Below are positions 34,386 through 40,257 of a stretch of 40,257 nucleotides of DNA, piece after piece. Below the pieces are notes generated by a model. That model worked only from the letters and a program-made list of their open reading frames with translations, did no database searches and was not told the origin of the DNA. Made by a program: the position numbers and the translations under genes. The stretch is from a bacterium (GTDB taxonomy: Bacteria; Electryoneota; RPQS01), in contig JADLDM010000025.1 of the NCBI GenBank assembly GCA_020846695.1, positions 1-40,257 of the forward strand, in the 5' to 3' direction. Numbering within the stretch: position 1 is the first letter of the stretch; each line of letters begins with the position of its first letter.

Positions 34386-34952
34386 ATGACAGACCGACGA
34401 ACGCCAACGGAACACAAAACGATTCGATTGCGGAACATTAGCTACAGCGAGTCGAACGCCTATTTTCTCACCCTTGTTGCGCACAATCGGCAATGTCTTT
34501 TCGCCGAGATTACTAACGCGGAGTGGATTCTGAAGCCAATCGGTGAAGTGATTCGCGAGGAGTGGCTGCGATGCGCGGAGATGCGCCCGGCGGTGGAGCT
34601 TGGAGAGTTTGTTGTTATGCCGAATCACTTGCACGGGATCGTGTACTTGCTGAATGCCGAGAGTCAGAGCGCACGCAGTGCGGCACTACAGGTTAATTTA
34701 CATGATCAGCCGCACAGGACGAGTGTTGACCGCGCTCCGAAATCCATCAGTTCGATGGTTGCGGGTTTCAAGGCCGCGACCACTCGCAAAATACGCGAGC
34801 AGCTTCGTGATCCCGGCTTCGTCGTTTGGCAACCGCGCTTCCACGATCGTGTTATCCGCGATGACAAGGAGTTCCGCAACATCCGCGCCTATATCCGCGA
34901 CAACCCGCGAAGATGGCACCTTGATAACGAAAATCCCGAACGACACCCGTAG
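34386..34952 (+). CDS. REP-associated tyrosine transposase (RAYT; IS200/IS605-like Y1 HUH enzyme)
   Basis: HUH motif in VVMPNHLHGIVYL, a catalytic Tyr region RAYIRDNPRRW, and WQPRFHDRVIRDD. REPs flank the gene on both sides. Confidence 0.85.
   Translation: MTDRRTPTEHKTIRLRNISYSESNAYFLTLVAHNRQCLFAEITNAEWILKPIGEVIREEWLRCAEMRPAVELGEFVVMPNHLHGIVYLLNAESQSARSAALQVNLHDQPHRTSVDRAPKSISSMVAGFKAATTRKIREQLRDPGFVVWQPRFHDRVIRDDKEFRNIRAYIRDNPRRWHLDNENPERHP
34667..34689 (-). repeat. REP element in inverse orientation, in frame inside the RAYT CDS
   Basis: Exact GAGCGCACGCAGTGCGGCACTAC, encoding (Q)SARSAALQ directly after the HUH motif. Confidence 0.85.
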
Positions 34953-34971
34953 TGCCGCACTGCGTGCGCTC
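34949..34971 (+). repeat. REP element whose GTAG supplies the RAYT stop codon
   Basis: Exact 23-mer. The TAG at 34950-34952 is the RAYT stop. Confidence 0.85.
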
Positions 34972-35050
34972 TGGTTCTGAAAACGCAGCGTGCTCTCTGG
35001 TTCCGAGAACACAGCGTGCGCTCTGGTTCTGAGAACGCAGCGTGCGCTCG
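34962..35050 (+). repeat. 26-bp tandem array (3.4 units) seeded by the 3' half of the REP
   Basis: The units are GCGTGCGCTCTGGTTCTGAAAACGCA, GCGTGCTCTCTGGTTCCGAGAACACA and GCGTGCGCTCTGGTTCTGAGAACGCA, followed by a partial GCGTGCGCTCG. Confidence 0.85.
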
Positions 35051-35092
35051 AAACAACATCTCATTCCATTTCATCCGACATTCTTTGCCTGC

Positions 35093-35250
35093 ATCCGCGA
35101 CAACCCGCGAAGATGGCACCTTGATAACGAAAATCCCGAACGACACCCGTAGTGCCGCACAGCGTGCGCTCTGGTTCTGAAAACGCAGCGTGCTCTCTGG
35201 TTCCGAGAACACAGCGTGCGCTCTGGTTCTGAGAACGCAGCGTGGCTCTG
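35093..35250 (+). repeat. Second copy of a 200-bp-period duplication (RAYT 3' end + REP + 26-bp array)
   Basis: 35093-35244 equals 34893-35044 except for one substitution (T to A at 35161). It contains REP copy 35149-35171 and array 35162-35244. Confidence 0.9.
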
Positions 35251-35266
35251 AAAGGATTCATACCCC

Positions 35267-35656
35267 ATGGCAATCTCTCAAGACTTCCTCGATTACTGCA
35301 CCGAACGCCTTTCGCTGCTCGGCAAAGTGAGTATGCGCAAAATGTTCGGCGGCGCAGGATATTATCTCAATGGGAAGATGTTCGCGCTCACCAATGGCGA
35401 CGGCGTCTATCTGAAGGCCGACGAGCAGAATCGCGCGCGCTTCGAAGCCCGACGCATGGAAAAATTCGTCCCCTTCGAAGACAAGCAGCAATACAAAATG
35501 GGCTACTACCTCTTGTCTTCTGAGGATTTGGAAGATGACGACACGCTCCGCGAACTCGGCAAACTTTCCATCGAAGCCTCGGACCGCGCCGCGCTCTCCA
35601 AGAAAACAAAGGGAGCAAAAACAAAAACAAACCCGAGCATGGGCTCATCCTCGTAA
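35267..35656 (+). CDS. TfoX/Sxy N-terminal domain protein
   Basis: ...VSMRKMFGGAGYYLNGKMFALTNGDGVYLKADEQN... is the TfoX_N pattern. Confidence 0.8.
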   Translation: MAISQDFLDYCTERLSLLGKVSMRKMFGGAGYYLNGKMFALTNGDGVYLKADEQNRARFEARRMEKFVPFEDKQQYKMGYYLLSSEDLEDDDTLRELGKLSIEASDRAALSKKTKGAKTKTNPSMGSSS

Positions 35657-35725
35657 GGTTGGTCGCCCGAAAAACTAGCGGCGGCCCTTGTCCTCGGAAG
35701 GATCCGGCCCTCTTAACCGCTGCAT

Positions 35726-35752
35726 GTAGGGACACGATATATCGTGTCCGCG
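35726..35752 (+). repeat. GTAGGGAC-class hairpin repeat
   Basis: GTAGGGACACGATATATCGTGTCCGCGC. GGACACGATATATCGTGTCC is a perfect 20-bp palindrome. Confidence 0.75.
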
Positions 35753-36057
35753 CAATCCCGTTCTGTCATTCTTTGTTTGAATCTATCCAAACAAATCGAG
35801 CATTTCGAGCACCTTGCATCTCGTAGCACCCGGTGCTTTTCAAGCACCTTGCTGGGCAAGAAACCCGAACAAATTCGCCACTCCCAAACGTGTTGTCATC
35901 CTGAACAAAGTGAAGGATCACTCGGAGTTACTACAACTCCCTGTTAACTCACACTCTGCGCTCAATTTAGCACATAATATTTCTTTGAAGCAAAGCGCGT
36001 GTTTCAAACGCCAAACGCAATTCAAACAACTCATTGTACTCAACTTAGCAGACACAT

Positions 36058-37929
36058 TTGGCCACTACACATATATATGATGTCGTCGTGATGGGCGGCG
36101 GACACGCGGGAATCGAGGCCGCGCTGGCAACGGCACGCATGGGCTTCCGCACCTGCCTGGTCACCCAGAACCTCCAGACTATCGGCCAGATGTCCTGCAA
36201 TCCTGCTATCGGCGGGCTTGCTAAAGGCCAATTAGTCAAGGAGATAGATGCGCTCGGCGGAGAGATGGGGCGGATCACCGACGTGGCCACCGTGCAGTTC
36301 CGCATGTTGAATCGCTCGAAGGGGCCTGCCGTCTGGTCACCGCGCGCGCAGTGCGACCGGGGACTGTATGCCCGCGAAGCGCGCCGGACTCTCGAAAATC
36401 AACGAAATCTTGATCTTAAGCAGGGAGAAATCACTCGATTCGAGACTGCCGGCGGCAGACTGACCGCCTGCATTTCGTCCTCCGGCCACCGCTTCGAATG
36501 TCGTGCTGCCGTGCTCTGTGCGGGCACCTTCCTAAATGGCCTGCTGCACATGGGCGATTTCCAGACCCCGGGCGGTAGAGTCGGCGAAGCGCCCGCCACG
36601 GGGCTCAGCGAGATGCTGATGAATCATGGCTTTGAGGTCGGACGGTTGAAAACCGGAACCCCGCCCAGACTGGACGGAAGGACCATCAACTACTCCATGT
36701 GCGAGCACCAGCCGGGCGATGGACGGATCATCCCCTTCTCCGTTCGCACGGGGAAGCCTATCGCCGACCAGCTCTCTTGTCATCTAACCTATACAAATAC
36801 AAAGACTCACGACATTCTTAGAAGCGGCTTACATCGCTCGCCGCTGTTCGCCGGTCGGATCACAGGCCGCGGTCCGCGCTACTGCCCTTCCATCGAAGAC
36901 AAGATCGTCCGCTTCGCCGACAAGGACCGCCATCAGATTTTCCTTGAGCCAGAGGGCTGGGAGACCTTCGAGGTCTATATGAACGGTTTCAGTTCGAGCC
37001 TTCCAGAAGAGATTCAATTTGAAGCACTTAGAACGGTACACGGACTCGAGCAGACCGAGATGATGCGCGCGGGCTATGCCGTCGAGTACGACTTCTTTCC
37101 CGCTCATCAACTCCACTATTCCTTAGAAACCAAGCTCGTAGAGGGGCTCTTCTTCGCCGGGCAGATTAACGGGACCACTGGCTATGAGGAAGCCGCCGCT
37201 CAAGGAATCATCGCCGGGGTAAATGCCGCACAGCACCTGAAATCCGAGCCGCCCCTAATTCTGCGCCGCGATCAGGCCTATATCGGTGTGTTAATTGATG
37301 ACTTAATCACCAAGACTCCCGACGAACCCTATCGCATGTTCACCTCGCGGGCCGAGCATCGCCTGATTCTGCGCCAGGACAATGCAGACCTTCGTCTGAC
37401 TGAGCTTGGCCGCGAACTCGGGCTAGTATCAGATGCACAGATTGATTCATATCTTGAAAAGAAACAAAAGCTAAACGAAGTAAGAGACTTCTTACATGAG
37501 GCCAAACTCGAGGAGCTTTCCGAATCCGGCCTTTTATCAGACCCCAAGCTGAAGGGCAGCCGCTTCGCCGCGATCCTGAAGCGTCCCGAAGCCGACCTTC
37601 AAGGGATGATCCAGGACAGCCCCCAGCTTGGACGCTTGAGGGACATGAAGCTGCCAGAGGAACAGCTATCTGCTGTCGAAATGGACATCAAGTACGACGG
37701 CTACGTAGCGCGCGAACGCGTCCGTGCGGAGCAGGCCAAGAAATGGGAGGATGTCTCGCTGCCTCAAGACCTTGATTTCTCTCTGGTTCACTCCATGTCC
37801 TATGAAGCTCGTGAGAAGTTAAACAAATATAAACCAGTAACTTTAGGGCAAGCCGGACGAATCTCTGGTGTCAGCCCATCGGACTCATCAGCCCTTCTCA
37901 TTCACCTGAAGAAATCCGGGATGCTGTAG
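36058..37929 (+). CDS. mnmG: tRNA uridine-5-carboxymethylaminomethyl synthesis enzyme MnmG (GidA)
   Basis: YDVVVMGGGHAGIEAALATARMG FAD motif, 623 aa. The start is a probable TTG. Confidence 0.97.
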   Translation: MATTHIYDVVVMGGGHAGIEAALATARMGFRTCLVTQNLQTIGQMSCNPAIGGLAKGQLVKEIDALGGEMGRITDVATVQFRMLNRSKGPAVWSPRAQCDRGLYAREARRTLENQRNLDLKQGEITRFETAGGRLTACISSSGHRFECRAAVLCAGTFLNGLLHMGDFQTPGGRVGEAPATGLSEMLMNHGFEVGRLKTGTPPRLDGRTINYSMCEHQPGDGRIIPFSVRTGKPIADQLSCHLTYTNTKTHDILRSGLHRSPLFAGRITGRGPRYCPSIEDKIVRFADKDRHQIFLEPEGWETFEVYMNGFSSSLPEEIQFEALRTVHGLEQTEMMRAGYAVEYDFFPAHQLHYSLETKLVEGLFFAGQINGTTGYEEAAAQGIIAGVNAAQHLKSEPPLILRRDQAYIGVLIDDLITKTPDEPYRMFTSRAEHRLILRQDNADLRLTELGRELGLVSDAQIDSYLEKKQKLNEVRDFLHEAKLEELSESGLLSDPKLKGSRFAAILKRPEADLQGMIQDSPQLGRLRDMKLPEEQLSAVEMDIKYDGYVARERVRAEQAKKWEDVSLPQDLDFSLVHSMSYEAREKLNKYKPVTLGQAGRISGVSPSDSSALLIHLKKSGML

Positions 37930-37933
37930 AAAT

Positions 37934-37949
37934 TGTTTCACGTGAAACA
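37934..37949. promoter_or_regulatory. parS: parS centromere-like site (perfect TGTTTCACGTGAAACA)
   Basis: Exact match to the canonical 16-bp parS palindrome. The palindrome extends to 18 bp (37933-37950) and lies 4 nt after the mnmG stop. Confidence 0.8.
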
Positions 37950-38100
37950 ACGGCGAGAAGTGTGTATAAGTCTCTGATTTTACTCATCCGAATTACTCAA
38001 TACCGTCTCTAAACTCAATTCCATGAGTACTTTGAAAACCATGCTCCGAAGACAAAAGCAGCTTTTCAAGCTGTGGAAAAGGTGTGAATAGGCATCCGAT

Positions 38101-38673
38101 GTGATCCCAACTCCTGAGCAACAGGCTCATCTCAAACACTTCCTCGATCGCGTCGCTAAGGCAGGCCTTCCTTTGGTCTCCTATGCGGATAGATCGCGCT
38201 TAGAGGAACGACATCTCGCTCCGTCCCTCGCGGGGCTCGATCTGCTCCCAGAAACCGGGAGAATCCTCGACATCGGTTCCGGCGGCGGCTTCCCGGCAAT
38301 CCCGTTGGCGATTCTAACTCCTCATTTGTCATGGACTTTGGTTGAATCCAACCAACGAAAAGCCGCATTTCTGACGCGTGTTTCACGTGAAACAGCCCTT
38401 GAAAAGGGCCTCATTGTTTTGAATCAAAGGGTCGAGGAGCTCACGCGCGACAAGGACAGTCTTTACGACGCTATCACGGCCCGCGCCGTGACCGATCTCC
38501 CGCAGCTTGCCGCTTGGACGCGGTCACTTCTTGCCAAAGACGGCTTCCTCTTGTTTTGGAAGGGCCGCGACTGGCGGCACGAGTCCTGGCCCGAAGCCGT
38601 GGGTCTTAAACTAATCACAGAACTCAAGTTAACAGACGGCAGCGTACTTCTGAAACTCGAAGTTGAAAGATGA
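38101..38673 (+). CDS. rsmG: 16S rRNA (guanine527-N7)-methyltransferase RsmG (GidB)
   Basis: SAM motif ILDIGSGGGFPAIPLAI and 190 aa, with a GTG start. Confidence 0.9.
   Translation: MIPTPEQQAHLKHFLDRVAKAGLPLVSYADRSRLEERHLAPSLAGLDLLPETGRILDIGSGGGFPAIPLAILTPHLSWTLVESNQRKAAFLTRVSRETALEKGLIVLNQRVEELTRDKDSLYDAITARAVTDLPQLAAWTRSLLAKDGFLLFWKGRDWRHESWPEAVGLKLITELKLTDGSVLLKLEVER
38379..38394. promoter_or_regulatory. parS: Second perfect parS site, inside rsmG (encodes VSRET)
   Basis: Exact TGTTTCACGTGAAACA. Confidence 0.8.
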
Positions 38674-39683
38674 AGAAGAACGTATTTGATGAAATAGCGG
38701 GGCTTCTGACGGAGTCCCGCAATCCGGACACAATGAATCTTGACTCGATGTCCGTGCGCGAGATTCTGGAGGCAATGAACCGCGAAGATCACAAAGTCCC
38801 GGATGTTCTGGCTGCGGCGATTCCTCAGATCGAGAAGGTGGTGGAGATGGTGGTCGAGAGCCTTCAGGCCGGCGGCCGCCTCATCTATATAGGTGCGGGC
38901 ACGTCGGGACGTTTGGGTGTGCTCGACGCAGCCGAGTGTCCGCCGACTTTCGGGACCGAGCCGTGGCAGGTGCAGGGCTTCATCGCCGGGGGTTATGACT
39001 CTCTACGCAAAGCTGCCGAGGGTGCCGAGGACAAGGAGGACGGAGCGCATCACGACCTGACCGAAATCGCCTGCGTGAACCGGCTCGACACGGTGATCGG
39101 TATCTCGGCCTCGCGGCGTACGCCCTATGTGATTGGGGGATTGAGACGCGCAAAGGAGGAGGGAGCCAAGACCGCACTGCTTATCTGCAACGAACCACCC
39201 GAAGAGAGTACTCCAAATGAGGAGGCACCCCCTTCTGATTCCCCCGTGAACAGAGGAGGGCCAGAGGGCGGTTCCCCTCCGCAAGGTGCGGGGGGGTTAG
39301 GGGGGGTAGCCGATGTGATTATCAGCTTACCCGTTGGTCCTGAGCTACTTACGGGTTCGACGCGGCTGAAGGCGGGTACTGCCACCAAGCTCGCGCTGAA
39401 CATGATCACGACGGCGGCCTGGGTACGGATGGGGAAGTGTTACGAGAATCTGATGGTGGATTTGCGGCAGGGCAGCTCGAAGTTGCAGGCTCGCGCACGG
39501 CGGATTCTGATGGAGATCACTGGCTGCGATTACGAGTGGGCCGACGAACTTCTGACCTCATCGAGCGGTGAACTGAAAACCGCTCTGGTCATGCACTTCA
39601 AGGGCGTCACCGCCGAGCATGCACGAGAGATCCTCGAAGAAAACGGCGGGAAGATAGACAGCGGAGTCGAGGGGGGCCGCTGA
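38670..39683 (+). CDS. murQ: N-acetylmuramic acid 6-phosphate etherase MurQ with a ~30-aa internal low-complexity insertion
   Basis: SIS-domain motifs GAGTSGRLGVLDAAECPPTF and VGPELLTGSTRLKAGTATKLALNMITT. An ATGA overlap links it to rsmG. Confidence 0.9.
   Translation: MKKNVFDEIAGLLTESRNPDTMNLDSMSVREILEAMNREDHKVPDVLAAAIPQIEKVVEMVVESLQAGGRLIYIGAGTSGRLGVLDAAECPPTFGTEPWQVQGFIAGGYDSLRKAAEGAEDKEDGAHHDLTEIACVNRLDTVIGISASRRTPYVIGGLRRAKEEGAKTALLICNEPPEESTPNEEAPPSDSPVNRGGPEGGSPPQGAGGLGGVADVIISLPVGPELLTGSTRLKAGTATKLALNMITTAAWVRMGKCYENLMVDLRQGSSKLQARARRILMEITGCDYEWADELLTSSSGELKTALVMHFKGVTAEHAREILEENGGKIDSGVEGGR
39274..39306 (+). repeat. CCCCTC-N-GGGGGGGTTAGGGGGGG element in frame inside murQ
   Basis: CCCCTCCGCAAGGTGCGGGGGGGTTAGGGGGGG, the same architecture as 15394-15425. 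Confidence 0.75.
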
Positions 39684-40257
39684 TGAAACTCATCTATATT
39701 GACGACTCGGCAGACGAGAAACAATATGTATTTTCTGCGTTGTGCATTCCCGACGTGACATGGAAGGCAAGCTTTGACAAATTGCGTGACCAGCGCAAGG
39801 AGTTTCGTTCGCGCTTCGGCGTGTTAGTCAGAAAGGAATTCCACGCAACGGATTTCGTTGCAGGTAGAGGCCAGCTTTCTACCGTGCGCACCGTCACCAA
39901 ACATGAACGTTCGATCATGTTTCGCGAAGCGATAGAAAACATCGCAGCACTCCCCGGAATTCGCATCATCAACGCCTGCGATTCCAAGTCACAACGACTT
40001 CGGCTGTTTGAACGGCTCCTGAACCGCATCAACATCCTTCTCAAGAAGTCAAGCGAAAAGGGTCTGCTGATTGTTGATGAAGGATCAGAGGGAGAATATC
40101 TCAGATTGGCGAGGAAGATGGGAGTCTACAATCCGATTCCGAGCAAGTACGGGAACTGGATCGGCGAACAGGGAAAACACACAAACCTGCCGATAAACGA
40201 AGTGGTGGAAGACCCATTCTTCAAAGACTCAAGAAGCTCGTTCTTCCTGCAGGCCGC
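39683..40257 (+). CDS. DUF3800 family protein (3'-truncated by the window end)
   Basis: Translated by hand as MKLIYIDDSADEKQYVFSALCIP...KEFHATDFVAGRG... The open frame runs to the window edge. The start overlaps the murQ stop (TGATG). Confidence 0.7.
   Translation, partial: MKLIYIDDSADEKQYVFSALCIPDVTWKASFDKLRDQRKEFRSRFGVLVRKEFHATDFVAGRGQLSTVRTVTKHERSIMFREAIENIAALPGIRIINACDSKSQRLRLFERLLNRINILLKKSSEKGLLIVDEGSEGEYLRLARKMGVYNPIPSKYGNWIGEQGKHTNLPINEVVEDPFFKDSRSSFFLQA

Noticed and set aside
34962-35244. Possible CRISPR array, given the regularly repeated 26-bp units
   Set aside because: The units are directly tandem with no spacers. They derive from the REP 3' half, and no cas genes are present. 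This is a tandem repeat or duplication.
34698-35273. Several 65-107-aa minus-strand ORFs (MFSEPESTLRFQNQSAR...)
   Set aside because: They result from reading through the REP, the 26-bp arrays and the duplication. The repeated peptides reflect repeated DNA.
38023-38091. 22-codon Lys/Arg-rich ORF (MSTLKTMLRRQKQLFKLWKRCE) in the mnmG-rsmG spacer
   Set aside because: It is too short, has no RBS, and conservation cannot be assessed. It is probably a chance ORF.

Overview
This window looks like the replication-origin neighbourhood of an uncultivated bacterium. A T9SS-type C-terminal sorting domain, a DciA/DUF721 gene and roughly 55-60% GC (judged by eye) suggest the FCB group, but the taxonomy is inference. 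The core genes are gyrB, dnaN and dnaA on the minus strand, and rpmH, rnpA, yidD, yidC, mnmE, mnmG and rsmG on the plus strand. The usual synteny is broken in several places: there is no recF, jag or parAB. The gaps hold single defence-type genes: an EVE-HNH nuclease, an AIPR protein, a HEPN-MNT pair directly abutting gyrB, Mrr, and two DUF3800 genes. They also hold an orphan AsnRS/AspRS-like catalytic core, pilin-like paralogues, a T9SS cargo protein and small metabolic genes. The most unusual property is a dense set of short repeat families. One is a GTAG-headed REP family next to a single RAYT (Y1 HUH transposase) gene, and one REP copy sits in frame inside that RAYT gene. Several repeat families recur in frame inside otherwise conserved CDSs (murQ, yidC, yidD, a DUF349 protein and a secreted protein), and some supply stop codons. 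Other notable items are two perfect parS sites without parAB, an rnpA frameshift in a T9 run, a 7-bp x4 tandem repeat in mnmE, and an orphan promoter-plus-terminator pair that could encode an sRNA. No rRNA, tRNA or CRISPR array was seen. All family assignments come from reading motifs by eye; no searches were run.
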